64,000 bases of DNA from an uncultured Acidimicrobiaceae bacterium. GTDB lineage: Bacteria; Actinomycetota; Acidimicrobiia; Acidimicrobiales; Bog-793. The notes beneath the pieces are model-generated. The model worked only from the letters and a program-made list of their open reading frames with translations. It ran no database searches and was not told the origin of the DNA. Below are positions 18,138 through 27,868 of the stretch, piece after piece. A program made the translations under genes and the position numbers. Location: NCBI GenBank assembly GCA_963725355.1, contig CAVRYE010000002.1:50898-114897 (forward strand), written 5' to 3'. Position 1 is the first letter of the stretch; each line of letters opens with the position of its first letter.

Positions 18138-19650
18138 TTGGTGAGAGACAGCAGTGGCGACCGGCCCCTGGTTGCAGGTGCTACGGAAGTGGCGGACCAC
18201 TTAGACGAACTATTGCAGGCCTCGCCCAACGCCGTGCTCGTCGTCGATGCCGACGGGGTCATCTTGCTGGCGAGCAAGGCGGTCGAGACCATGTTCGGCT
18301 ACAAGCGCGACGAGGTCGTCGGCGAGCGGATAGAGATGCTGGTCCCGGATAGAATTCCGGATGGTCCACGAGCGTCATCGACGCCTCTTCGTCGAGGAAG
18401 GCGCGGCTCGCGCGATGGGCCTTGGCCTAGAGCTGAGCGGGCGGCGCTGTGACGGGACCGTGTTCCCGATAGATGTCGGCCTGTCTCCTTTTTCCGCTGG
18501 ACGGCTCCCGGTCATCGCGGCTTTTGTACGCGACGCGAGCGATCGCCAGCGCCAAGAAGCCAGGCTGCGGGCGATCAACGAGATAACTCAGCGCCTGCTG
18601 GCCGGGGAGCGGACTGAGACGACCCTGGCGCTCGTCGCCAATCAGGCACGGGGTCTTGTCGGCGGCGTGCTCGGCTGGGTGGTTACCCCATCTGGTGAGT
18701 CCGACCTTGTGATCAGCGCCGCTGACGGCATCGGGGCGGACTCGGTCATCGGCGTCAGGATCTCGCCGCATACGAGCATTGCGCAGCGGGCGATGTCCGA
18801 GAGGGCGACGATTCTCGTCGACGATCTCTCCGATGAGCCGGCGGTCCCACCCGAGGTGAGGGCGCTCGGCTTTGGGGAGGGCTTGTACTGCCCACTGAGC
18901 ACCGAGGAGCGGGTGCTCGGTGCCCTCGTCGTCGCCCGGCCCCGGGGGGCGATGGCGTTCAATCGAAGCGACACGGCGCTTGTCGAGGTCTTCGCTAACG
19001 CGGCCGTCGTAGCCCTCACCTTGGGCGAGGACCGCCTCGAGCTCGAGCAGTTGCAGGTGACTGCCGAGCACGAACGCATCGGGCGCGACCTGCACGACAC
19101 TGTCATCCAGCGCCTCTTCGCCCTCGGCATGAGCCTACAGAGCATCGAGCGGCTCACGAGCGGGCCGGTTGCCGAGCGGATCGAGCAGGCTGTAGACGGA
19201 CTGGACGATGTGATCCGTGACATCCGCGAGACGATCTTTCGCCTCGAGCGGCCGACCGTGGCCCAGTCAGGCCTGCGGGCGGCTGTGGACGGAGTCGTGT
19301 CGGCCGCAAGCGAACAGCTCGGCTTCTCGCCGCGGGTCGGGTTTCAGGGACCGGTGGACGCCGCCACGAGTGCCCAGGTCGCACAACACGTGATCGCCGT
19401 GCTCACGGAGGCTCTCTCGAACATCGCCCGCCACGCCCGGGCTTCTGCCGCGGAAGTCGTGATCGTGGCCGAGGAGGGCACGCTGTTGGTTTCGGTGGCC
19501 GACAACGGCATCGGGCCTCCCCTCGGTCGCAGCGCCGGCAATGGGCTGCGCAACATGGCCGAACGGGCTCGCTCGCTGTCTGGTTCGGTGTCGATTACCG
19601 CCCGCCAACCCTCGGGAACTCTGCTCGAATGGCGTGTCCCCACTGAGTGA
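18138..19650 (+). pseudogene. PAS-GAF-HisKA_3-HATPase sensor histidine kinase whose reading frame is broken inside the PAS domain (extra A at ~18354)
   Basis: ORF 18138-18452 encodes the PAS N-half, ending GERIEMLVPDR. ORF 18361-19650 begins (F)RMVHERHRRLF...GRRCDGTVFPIDVGLSP, which is the PAS C-half. It continues with GAF, the H-box EHERIGRDLHDTVIQRLF and the ATPase N/G boxes. Confidence 0.8.
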
Positions 19651-19743
19651 AAATGGCTGGCGAAGACTGTGGCGCCGCACGGCTTGAGTAAAGGTGACTT
19701 TCGCCTCTAACCGGAAAGGGCTGCTCAGGTCGACTCTTGAATC

Positions 19744-20160
19744 GTGGAATGCGATCGGCGAACGGTTTTTGACGAGCTCGACAGGCAGGACTGTCTCGAG
19801 CTGTTGCGTGAAGAGTCGGTCGGTCGTGTAGCCCTGACGGCGCGGGCTTTGCCGGTCGTCCTACCCGTGAACTTCGCCTTGCTCAACGGCGATATCGTCT
19901 GGCGCTCGGCACAAGGCACCAAGCTCAACGATGCTTCGGCCGGCTTCGTCGTCGCCTTCGAGGTCGACCGCTATGAACCCGACCACAGGCGGGGCTGGAG
20001 CGTCATGGTGCAGGGTCTGGCGCACGTCATCACCGATGCGGACCAGCTGGAGCGGGCACGACAGCTGCCCCTTGAGCCGTGGGCGCTCGAAGGCGTGGCT
20101 GACCGGTACGTCTGCCTCGTGCCCAACATCGTCACTGGACGGCGCATCCGTCCTTCCTGA
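19744..20160 (+). CDS. pyridoxamine 5'-phosphate oxidase family protein (Pyridox_ox_2 type)
   Basis: 138-aa ORF. The pattern LDRQDCLELLREESVGRVAL...LPVVLPVNFAL...GWSVMVQGLA is typical of this split-barrel family. Confidence 0.7.
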   Translation: MECDRRTVFDELDRQDCLELLREESVGRVALTARALPVVLPVNFALLNGDIVWRSAQGTKLNDASAGFVVAFEVDRYEPDHRRGWSVMVQGLAHVITDADQLERARQLPLEPWALEGVADRYVCLVPNIVTGRRIRPS

Positions 20161-20261
20161 GCGATATTGCTCGTCTTCGGCTTGCTCCAAGGCTCGGGGC
20201 GCCGGCTTGTGATCTGGCTGGTGGGCGGTCCGCGGAGCTCGGTACCCGTACACTTGCCGAC

Positions 20262-20897
20262 GTGGAGCTGGTGCCGACCGGGGCCCTGAGTGGCGAGGAC
20301 GGCGACCTCGGGCGCGTGCTGACGGTGCCGAACGCCATCTCCCTCGCCCGAATCTTGCTGCTCGGGTTGTTCTGCTGGCTCCTGATCGGCCCCGACAAGA
20401 GGATCGCGGCCACGATCGTGCTCATGGTCGTCGGCGCCACCGACTTCCTGGACGGCTTTCTGGCTCGGCGCTTCCACCAGGTGAGCACTGTCGGCAAGGT
20501 GCTGGACCCGCTCGCCGACAGGGTCGTGCTCGTCACCGGCGTCCTCGCCATCACCGCCTACGGGGCCGTGCCAGCCTGGCTGGCAGTGGTCGTGCTCGGC
20601 CGCGAAGTGCTCGTCTCGGCGGCGGTGATCGTCCTGGCAGCGCTCAAGGCGAGGCGGATCGATGTCCTCTGGGTCGGCAAGGCAGGCACATTCGGTCTGC
20701 TGTGCTGCTTTCCCCTCTTCTTGCTCGGTGACGGGCCCGAGGCATGGGCCCACGTGGTGACAGATGTGACCTGGGTGGCGCTCGTTCCAGCGCTTGTTCT
20801 CAGCTTCGTGGCTGCGGCCGCCTATGTCCCGCTCGCCCGTCGAGCCGTTGCGAACCGGCGCTCGGAGCCCGCCCGTCACGAGGCAGTGACCTCGTGA
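20262..20897 (+). CDS. CDP-alcohol phosphatidyltransferase (PgsA-like)
   Basis: Motif ATDFLDGFLARRFHQVSTVGKVLDPLADRV matches D-x2-DG-x2-AR...G-x3-D-x3-D. Multi-TM. GTG start. Confidence 0.85.
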   Translation: MELVPTGALSGEDGDLGRVLTVPNAISLARILLLGLFCWLLIGPDKRIAATIVLMVVGATDFLDGFLARRFHQVSTVGKVLDPLADRVVLVTGVLAITAYGAVPAWLAVVVLGREVLVSAAVIVLAALKARRIDVLWVGKAGTFGLLCCFPLFLLGDGPEAWAHVVTDVTWVALVPALVLSFVAAAAYVPLARRAVANRRSEPARHEAVTS

Positions 20898-23392
20898 AGG
20901 CTGTGATCATGGCCGGGGGCGAAGGCACCAGGCTGAGGCCCCTTACCGCCAACCAGCCCAAGCCGATGCTGCCCATGGCGAATGCCCCTATGGCCGAACA
21001 CGTCGTGAACCTGCTCCGCAAGCACGGTTTCGAAGAGATCGTCGTCACCGTCGGCTTCCTCGCGAGCACGATCCGGACCTACTTCGGGGACGGTTCGGAG
21101 CTCGGGGTGCACCTTGTCTACGCGACCGAGGAGACGCCCCTTGGCACGGCGGGATCGGTGCTTAACGCTAGGGACGAGCTGGACGACCGCTTTCTCGTCA
21201 TCTCGGGCGATGTCTTGACAGACGTGGATCTGACGGCCCTCGTCGAGTTCCACACCAAGCAGTCAGCTGTAGTGACACTTGCCCTAGAGGCGGTGCCGAA
21301 TCCTCTCGAGTTCGGGATCGTCATCCTCGACGGCGAGGGCCGGGTCGAGCGTTTCTTGGAAAAGCCCGGATGGGGCGACGTCTTCAGCGACACGATCAAC
21401 ACGGGCATATATGTTCTCGAGCCCGAGGTCTTCGACTGGATTCCCGCCGGTCGGGCTGTCGATTTCTCCTCCGAGGTCTTCCCCACGATGCTCGAGGCCG
21501 GCAGACCCATGTACGGCTATGTCGGCCACGACTACTGGGAGGACGTAGGCACCCTCGAGGCGTACCTGAGGGCGCATGCCGACATCCTTGACGGCAAGGT
21601 GCATGTCGAGGTGCCGGGTTTTCCGCTGCGTCCCGACGTGTGGCTCGGCGCCGGTGCGGAGGTACACCCCTCGGCGACGATCGTCGGTCCGGCACTCATA
21701 GGTGACAACTGCCGCATCGGCCAGGGCGTAGAGCTGAACGGGCATTGCGTGCTCGGTGCCAATGTGCGCGTCGGCGACAACACGGTCATCGAGCGCAGCG
21801 TCATTCACGACAACGTCTATATCGCCTCTGCCGTGAGCGCTCGGGGCTGCGTGATCGGGCGCTCCTGCGATGTGCGCCAGGGCGTGCACCTAGAAGACGG
21901 AGTCGTCCTCGGGGAGGGCTCAAGGGTTGGCCGCCAAGCCGTGGTGGCTGCGGGCGTGAAGGTCTACCCGCGCAAGATCATCGAGGCCGGGGCCGTCGTC
22001 AACTCCTCGATCATCTGGGAGTCGCGCGGCTCGCGGAGCCTGTTCGGGCGCCACGGTGTCGCCGGTATCGCGAACGTGGACCTCTCGCCCGAGGTGGCCC
22101 TGCGCGTCGCCCTCGCCTACGCCACCACGTTGCCCAAGGGGGCAACGGTGGCCACTTCGCGCGACTCCAGCCGAGCGGCGCGGATGCTGAAGCGGGCTGC
22201 CATGGTCGGGATCAACGCGGCCGGCTGCAACGTCGAGGACCTCGAGGCGGCCACCGTGCCCGTGACGAGGTTCCTCACCCGTACCGGTACGGCTGTGGGG
22301 GGGATCACCGTTCGGCTCGTGCCGGGCGACCCGCAGTCGGTCGTGCTGCGGTTCTTGAACGAGGACGGCATGGACCTCGACGAGACGGCGCAGCGCCGGA
22401 TCGAGCGCCTCTATGACCGGGAGGAGTCTCGGCGGGTTCTCGCCGCTGAGATCGGCGACATCGGTTTCGCGTCACGGACGCTCGAGTTCTACACCAACGA
22501 GCTAACGAGCCTCGTCGACCTCGACGCCATCCGGTCAGCGAAATTCAAGCTCGTCTTGGACTATGCCTACGGGGCGACGAGCTTTGTCATGCCGAATGTG
22601 CTCGCCAAGCTTGGAGCCGACATTCTCGGGATCAACCCGAATGTGTCCACGGCCGGCATCATCAGCTTCGACAGGGCGGCCCATGCCGCTCGCCTGGTCG
22701 AGCTCGTCAAGTCGTCCGGTGCCAGCCTCGGGGCGATGCTCGACCCCGACGGCGAGCAACTGACCCTCGTCGACGACACCGGGCACGTGCTCGCCGACGG
22801 AGAGGCCCTGTTAGCCCTCACAAAGCTCGTCTCGAGCGCCGAGCCCGGGTGTGTGGTCGCTGTCCCGGTGGACGCGAGCTCGCAGGTGGAGGCCATCTGC
22901 GCTGCCACGGGCACAGAAGTGTCGCGGACAAAGCTGTCGGGGACCCAGCTGTTGGAGGCGGCGAGCTCGTCCCGTGTCGGCCTGGCGGCCAACACCTCGG
23001 GGGGTTACGTGTTTCCCCAGTTTGTCCCCGCCTTTGATGCCGTCGCCACCCTGGTACGCCTCCTGTCGCTGCTCGCGATCAGCCGAGAGACGCTGTCGGG
23101 GATCGTGGCCCGACTTCCCGAGACTTTCATCACCCGCCGCGAGGTGCCTACGCCATTTGAGCAAAAGGGTCTTGTAATGCGGACCCTTGTCGAACAGGCA
23201 GACCCCTCCGAAGTAGTGCTGCTCGATGGGCTCAAGACGATCGACACCACGGGCTGGACACTCGTCCTGCCTGATCCGGACACCCCCGTGACGCATATCT
23301 TCGCCGAGGCGAAAAGCGGGCCAGAGGCGGACGAACGCGTGCAGCGGGCGGCTGACGCCGTCGAGTGGATTCTCGACGAAGCCACCTCGTAG
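20894..23392 (+). CDS. sugar-1-phosphate nucleotidyltransferase (NTP_transferase plus left-handed beta-helix) fused to a phosphohexomutase (PGM/PMM)-like region
   Basis: The GTG at 20894 overlaps the upstream stop (GTGA). The N-terminus is VKAVIMAGGEGTRLRPLT. Hexapeptide repeats follow, then PGM_PMM-like segments (GVAGIANVDLSPEVALRVALAY...ATSRDSSRAARML...). Confidence 0.8.
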   Translation: MKAVIMAGGEGTRLRPLTANQPKPMLPMANAPMAEHVVNLLRKHGFEEIVVTVGFLASTIRTYFGDGSELGVHLVYATEETPLGTAGSVLNARDELDDRFLVISGDVLTDVDLTALVEFHTKQSAVVTLALEAVPNPLEFGIVILDGEGRVERFLEKPGWGDVFSDTINTGIYVLEPEVFDWIPAGRAVDFSSEVFPTMLEAGRPMYGYVGHDYWEDVGTLEAYLRAHADILDGKVHVEVPGFPLRPDVWLGAGAEVHPSATIVGPALIGDNCRIGQGVELNGHCVLGANVRVGDNTVIERSVIHDNVYIASAVSARGCVIGRSCDVRQGVHLEDGVVLGEGSRVGRQAVVAAGVKVYPRKIIEAGAVVNSSIIWESRGSRSLFGRHGVAGIANVDLSPEVALRVALAYATTLPKGATVATSRDSSRAARMLKRAAMVGINAAGCNVEDLEAATVPVTRFLTRTGTAVGGITVRLVPGDPQSVVLRFLNEDGMDLDETAQRRIERLYDREESRRVLAAEIGDIGFASRTLEFYTNELTSLVDLDAIRSAKFKLVLDYAYGATSFVMPNVLAKLGADILGINPNVSTAGIISFDRAAHAARLVELVKSSGASLGAMLDPDGEQLTLVDDTGHVLADGEALLALTKLVSSAEPGCVVAVPVDASSQVEAICAATGTEVSRTKLSGTQLLEAASSSRVGLAANTSGGYVFPQFVPAFDAVATLVRLLSLLAISRETLSGIVARLPETFITRREVPTPFEQKGLVMRTLVEQADPSEVVLLDGLKTIDTTGWTLVLPDPDTPVTHIFAEAKSGPEADERVQRAADAVEWILDEATS

Positions 23393-23515
23393 GTACCCCG
23401 AGGTCTCGAGGGGCTCAAGAGCCCGGCCCGGCCCGGCCAATAGGCGAGAGCGGCGGCGAGTGGCTACGATCGCCGCAGCGTGAAATTCACCGCCGCCCTT
23501 AAGGAGCCGTGAGAG

Positions 23516-23896
23516 ATGGACGTCCCGCAAGAGCTGAAATACACCTCCGATCATGAGTGGGCGCGCCTTGTGGACGCCAAGGTCACAGTCGGCTTGACCG
23601 ACTTCGCACAGGAGGCGCTCGGAGACATCGTCTTCGTACAGCTGCCGGCCGTCGGTGACAGCGTGGCCAAGGGCGGCGAGCTCGGTGAGGTCGAGTCGAC
23701 CAAGTCGGTGTCGCAGGTTTACGCGCCCGTGAGCGGGACCGTTGTGGAGGTGAACTCCGCCTTGGCGGACCAGCCCGAGCGCATCAACACCGACGCCTAT
23801 GGCGAGGGCTGGCTCTGCGTCATCGAACCTTCTGCTCCTTCTGAGTTCGAGGAGCTCCTGGACGCTGCCGGGTACTCGTCACTGACCGAATCCTGA
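23516..23896 (+). CDS. gcvH: glycine cleavage system protein H
   Basis: 126-aa ORF: YTSDHEWARL..., the lipoyl-lysine motif EVESTKSVSQVYAPVSG, and ...EGWL. Confidence 0.95.
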   Translation: MDVPQELKYTSDHEWARLVDAKVTVGLTDFAQEALGDIVFVQLPAVGDSVAKGGELGEVESTKSVSQVYAPVSGTVVEVNSALADQPERINTDAYGEGWLCVIEPSAPSEFEELLDAAGYSSLTES

Positions 23897-24031
23897 GCGC
23901 CCGCCGGTCATCCGGCAGCGCGACTCGCCTGTGCTGGCAAGCAGAACTAGAGGTTTAGCGGTGACGCTCGCGCGCGTATCGAGTCCGGACCGACCGAGCG
24001 CGGCTGGGCAAGTCTCAGCTACCGTACTGGA

Positions 24032-24501
24032 GTGTTCTGTAACAACTGCGGCCACAGGAACCCTCCCGAATCCAATTTCTGCTCGTCTTGCGGCGCGCCG
24101 CTGGCCGCGAGCACAGACACAACCATTTCGTTCATGCCCGAGGACCCGGCCGGCGACTCGCTCGACGAGGAGGTCAACGTCCCTGCCGGTGACCTTGCCG
24201 AGGGCACGGGCGTGCTCGTCGTCAAGCGTGGACCCGATGCCGGGCACGCTTCGTGCTGACCGGCGAAGTCACCAAGGTGGGCAGGCACCCCGACAGCGAG
24301 ATCTTCCTCGACGACGTAACCGTCTCCCGGCGCCACGCCGAGTTCCGCCGCGAAGGCGCCCACTACGTGGTGGCCGACGTCGGATCCTTGAACGGCACCT
24401 ACCTCAACCGGGAGAGGATCGAGACCGCCACCTTGAAAGGCGGCGACGAGGTCCAGATCGGGAAATTCAAGCTCGTGTTTCTCTCCACGAGCGCGGGCTA
24501 G
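24032..24501 (+). pseudogene. garA: GarA/OdhI-like FHA-domain protein with N-terminal zinc ribbon; frame broken at a GGG run (24242-24244)
   Basis: ORF 24032-24259 ends ...VLVVKRGPDAG. The other frame continues ARFVLTGEVTKVGRHPDSEIFLDDVTVSRRHAEFR...GSLNGTYLNRE...IGKFKLVFL (ORF 24253-24501). This is near-identical in pattern to mycobacterial GarA. Confidence 0.85.
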
Positions 24502-24507
24502 ACCACC

Positions 24508-25692
24508 GTGGGGGAGCGCTCTTATCTTGCAATTGGCGACGTTCTCGCGTTGTTGCGCGAGGAATTCCCAGACGTCACCATCTCGAAGATCAGGTTCCTC
24601 GAGAGCAGGGGATTGCTTGACCCCGAGCGCACACCATCGGGGTACCGCAAGTTCTACGAGCCCGATGTGGACCGCCTCCGCTGGATACTGCGCCAGCAAA
24701 GGGAGCACTTCTTGCCCCTTAAGGTGATCAAGGGCCGCCTCGAGAATGGGATGACGGACCCGGAGGCGCCGACGCCACACCTTTTCGAGATGGGTGACCC
24801 GCCGCCCGAGGCCGAGCCCGTGCTCGTCGGTGTGGTGGGGACCTCCGAGCTCGTGGCCGAGCGAACCCAGAGCCTTGCGGCCCTGGCGCAGGTCTCTGCC
24901 GTCGCCGCCTCGCTTGAGCGGGCGCCTTCTCGACGTGCGGCGTCGGTTCTCTCCTCGAGCGAGCCCTCGCCGAGTTTGTCCGTGGCGCCACAGCCCGGCG
25001 CGACCGCGTCCAGCTCGGCGACAGAAGCCGAGGCGGTCTCTTCGCCGCAGGCCGAGGGCACCGCCGAAGCTGAGACGGCTGCAGTTGTGAACAGCGGCCA
25101 GTCGCGTCGCCGCCGCTCGTCGGCCGTCGCCCCGGCTGAGCGAGGTCCCGAAGAGCCAGCAGGCGGCCCGGCGAGCGCCGGAGCCGGAGGCGAGGAACCG
25201 ATCGAGCACGCCTCGCCAGAAGTGGCCACTGAGGAGGCCGAGTCCGACGGGCCCAAGGCCGGGCGAGGTTTGCCGCGTTCGACCGCCGGCTTGCCTGGGG
25301 CAGGGCTTTCTGGCGCCAGCCTCACTCTCGCCGAGCTCGCAAGCGCGAGTGGGCTCGAGGTCGAAGGCGTCGAGGAGCTGGAGAGCTTCGGCCTCATCGC
25401 GGGACGCACCGTGGCAGGAGTCCGCTGCTATGACGAGGACGCCGTCTTAGTGGCCAAGCTGGCTGCCCGCTTTGCCCCCTATGGCATTGAGGCCCGTCAC
25501 CTGAAGATCTTCAAGCACGCCGCGGACCGCCAGACCGGGCTGTTCGCCCAAGTCGTGACGCCGCTGTTGCGCCAGCGCAACCCGCAGGCGCACGCTCGCG
25601 CCATAGAGGAACTGTCCGAGCTCGCCGAGCTCGGTGAGGCGCTGATGCGGTGCTTCTCGCAAGCGATGCTTCGCGAGCTGACCGGCGGGTGA
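24508..25692 (+). CDS. MerR family transcriptional regulator (Rv1828/FtsR-like) with a long low-complexity linker
   Basis: N-terminal MerR HTH (LAIGDVLALLREEFPDVTISKIRFLESRGLL...GYRKFYEPDVDRLRWIL). About 190 aa of A/S/P/E-rich linker. A conserved C-terminal domain (CYDEDAVLVAKLAARFAPYGIEARHLKIF...). Confidence 0.8.
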   Translation: MGERSYLAIGDVLALLREEFPDVTISKIRFLESRGLLDPERTPSGYRKFYEPDVDRLRWILRQQREHFLPLKVIKGRLENGMTDPEAPTPHLFEMGDPPPEAEPVLVGVVGTSELVAERTQSLAALAQVSAVAASLERAPSRRAASVLSSSEPSPSLSVAPQPGATASSSATEAEAVSSPQAEGTAEAETAAVVNSGQSRRRRSSAVAPAERGPEEPAGGPASAGAGGEEPIEHASPEVATEEAESDGPKAGRGLPRSTAGLPGAGLSGASLTLAELASASGLEVEGVEELESFGLIAGRTVAGVRCYDEDAVLVAKLAARFAPYGIEARHLKIFKHAADRQTGLFAQVVTPLLRQRNPQAHARAIEELSELAELGEALMRCFSQAMLRELTGG

Positions 25693-26258
25693 GTCCAAGC
25701 GCAGACTCGCCAAGGCCCCTGCTCGATGCTGTCGAGCTAGCCGCGATCGCCCGCCGCCTGGGGGGCGAAATCACCCGCGACTATCCCGATGGGGTCGTGC
25801 TCGTCGCCCTCTTGAAAGGGAGCATCTGCTTTCTCGCCGATCTCGTCCGGGAGCTACCGGTGCCCTGCGAGCTCGACTTCCTCGCCCTTTCTGCCTATGG
25901 CGACGGCCGCACCCGCGTGCGGGTCGTGAAGGACCTCGACCTCGAGGTGGCTGACCGGGACGTCGTGGTCGTTCTCGACATCGTCGACACCGGCCTGACC
26001 CTTGCCTACGTGCTCCGTCTGATCGCGCTCCGCGGGGCTCGTTCGACGGCTGCCTGCGCCCTGTTGGATCGTCAGAGCCGCAGATTGCTCCCCGTCGATA
26101 TCCGCTATGTCGGCCGGGTCATCTCCAACGAGCACGTTGTCGGCTATGGCTTGGACCTAGACGAGCGCTACCGCAACCTTCCCGGGCTGAAAGTCGCCGA
26201 CCCGGCTGAACTGCGCGCCGAGCCGAGTGCGATGTTCGAGCGGCTCGCGCGGCGGTAA
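25689..26258 (+). CDS. hpt: hypoxanthine phosphoribosyltransferase
   Basis: The GTG at 25689 overlaps the MerR stop (GTGA). PRPP-binding loop VVVVLDIVDTGLTL, plus KGSICFLADLVREL and VVGYGLDLDERYRNLP. Confidence 0.85.
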   Translation: MSPSADSPRPLLDAVELAAIARRLGGEITRDYPDGVVLVALLKGSICFLADLVRELPVPCELDFLALSAYGDGRTRVRVVKDLDLEVADRDVVVVLDIVDTGLTLAYVLRLIALRGARSTAACALLDRQSRRLLPVDIRYVGRVISNEHVVGYGLDLDERYRNLPGLKVADPAELRAEPSAMFERLARR

Positions 26259-26267
26259 GTTGCTGTC

Positions 26268-26771
26268 ATGGTCGAGGTGCATCTGAGGGCCGTGCGGGTA
26301 GACCTCGGGTCGAGCACACCCGTGGTGTTGCTTGAGGAAACCGAAGGGGCCCGCCGCTCGCTGCCGATCTTCGTCGGCGGTCCCGAGGCGACTGCCATCG
26401 CCTTTGCCCTGCAAGGTGTCGAGCCCCCGCGGCCGATGAGTCACGACCTCATGCGAGAGCTCGTCGAGACCCTGGGCGCCAAGGTCGTGCGAGTCCTTGT
26501 GACCGAGCTCCGGGACGGGACGTTTTTTGCCGAGCTTCACCTTCGTGCCGGGGAGCGAGACATCGTCGTCTCCTGCCGGCCTTCTGACGCCATAGCTCTC
26601 GCCACGCGGACCCACTCGCCCTTGTACGTCGCCGACGACCTCATGGAGTCTGAAGGGCTCGTGATCGAGCCGGACGACGACGACGTCACCATCGAGGGCA
26701 ACCCGGACGAGCTCGTGGGCGAGTTCCGCGAGTTTCTCGACAGGATCCGCCCGGAGGACTTCACGTCCTGA
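26268..26771 (+). CDS. bifunctional nuclease family protein (DUF151, Rv1829-like)
   Basis: 167-aa ORF: VVLLEETEGARRSLPIFVGGPEATAIAFALQGVEPPRPMSHDL...FFAELHL. Confidence 0.8.
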   Translation: MVEVHLRAVRVDLGSSTPVVLLEETEGARRSLPIFVGGPEATAIAFALQGVEPPRPMSHDLMRELVETLGAKVVRVLVTELRDGTFFAELHLRAGERDIVVSCRPSDAIALATRTHSPLYVADDLMESEGLVIEPDDDDVTIEGNPDELVGEFREFLDRIRPEDFTS

Positions 26772-26860
26772 GGGTGCTAGCTGACCGGGGGGAGCCGCAA
26801 CCCTGAAGCTCAACTAGCACTGGACGTCGATCCTTGTGACGGCCAGGTGTCGACCGGTCG

Positions 26861-26889
26861 TTGACGTCGAGGCCTCTTGGCCCTAACCT
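26861..26889 (+). promoter_or_regulatory. sigma-70-like promoter candidate (TTGACG - 17 nt - TAACCT) upstream of the second MerR gene
   Basis: Hexamers with a 17-nt spacer, ~80 nt upstream of the ATG at 26969. Confidence 0.3.
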
Positions 26890-26968
26890 TCATTACGAGG
26901 GTGTAATTACCGTGCTGTGCTCCCCCAGGGCAGGGGGCGATTCACGGGACTAATGACAGGGGCACGAG

Positions 26969-27481
26969 ATGGACCAGGTCGGTTTTCGTGGGCCACAGGT
27001 TTGCAATATCGTCGGCATCACTTACCGCCAGCTCGACTACTGGGACCGCACCGGGCTGAGCCGCCCGTCGCTCGCAAAAGCGCGTGGAAGCGGCTCCCAG
27101 AGGCTCTACAGCTACAGGGACCTGCTCGAGCTGAAGGTGATAAAGCAGCTCCTTGACGGAGGAGTCAACCTCCGCCAGGCCAGGCGTGCCATCGAGTGCC
27201 TTCGCGACTCGGTCGGGGAGGACCTCGCGACGGCCAACCTCGTCATCGTCGGCGAGGGGTCGGTGCTCGTGCGCACCGGCGAGGAGATCATCGACCTGCT
27301 CCGCGGCGGTCAGGGTGTCTTCAATGTCGTCCCTCTTGCCGGGGTGGTGGGGGAGGTTGACGCCGCTATCTTGCGCATCGGGCCATCGCGTCTCGCCGAG
27401 AGCGGCCCGGCCGATGTCGCAGACGAGCGCGACACCGAGCCACCCCCATCTGGGACCACGCGGATAGCCGAGGGAGGCTAG
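26969..27481 (+). CDS. MerR family transcriptional regulator (Rv1830-like)
   Basis: 170-aa ORF with the HTH segment VCNIVGITYRQLDYWDRTGL...RLYSYRDLLELKVIKQLLDGGVNLRQ. Confidence 0.8.
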   Translation: MDQVGFRGPQVCNIVGITYRQLDYWDRTGLSRPSLAKARGSGSQRLYSYRDLLELKVIKQLLDGGVNLRQARRAIECLRDSVGEDLATANLVIVGEGSVLVRTGEEIIDLLRGGQGVFNVVPLAGVVGEVDAAILRIGPSRLAESGPADVADERDTEPPPSGTTRIAEGG

Positions 27482-27535
27482 ACGCTCCCTGGCCGGCCAT
27501 ATCGCCCGGCTCTCGAGCCGCAACCGCACGCCACC

Positions 27536-27868
27536 GTGCGGTTTGCTCACGACTCCGAGCGCTTGTTTGCCGAGTTGCTCGACTATTACGAAGTTGCCTG
27601 GGAATACGAGCCTGTCGAGTTCGTCCTCTCGTGGGGCCCAAATGGCCAGCCCACGAGCGCCTTCAGGCCCGACTTCTATCTGAGCGAGCACGACTTGTTC
27701 CTCGAGCTGACGACGCTGCGCCAAGAGCTCGTAACTGTCAAGAACCGCAAGCTGCGACAGATGGCCGAGCTCTATCCAGAAGTGAGCGTGAGGGTCCTTT
27801 ACCGGCGCGATGTCTTCAGTTTGCTGGGAAAGTACTTGCCGGACGCACCGGCTAGATTGGCCGGGTGA
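27536..27868 (+). CDS. hypothetical protein
   Basis: 110-aa ORF with a GTG start and protein-like composition. Its stop overlaps the gcvT start (GTGA). Confidence 0.5.
   Translation: MRFAHDSERLFAELLDYYEVAWEYEPVEFVLSWGPNGQPTSAFRPDFYLSEHDLFLELTTLRQELVTVKNRKLRQMAELYPEVSVRVLYRRDVFSLLGKYLPDAPARLAG

Noticed and set aside
23393-23515. Glycine riboswitch upstream of gcvH (GGCGAGAG...CACCGCCGCCC).
   Set aside because: It lacks the GGAGAG / CACCGAAGGGGCAA / CUCAGGCAAAAGGAC core elements. Only generic GC-rich stems are present. I saw no candidate upstream of gcvT either.
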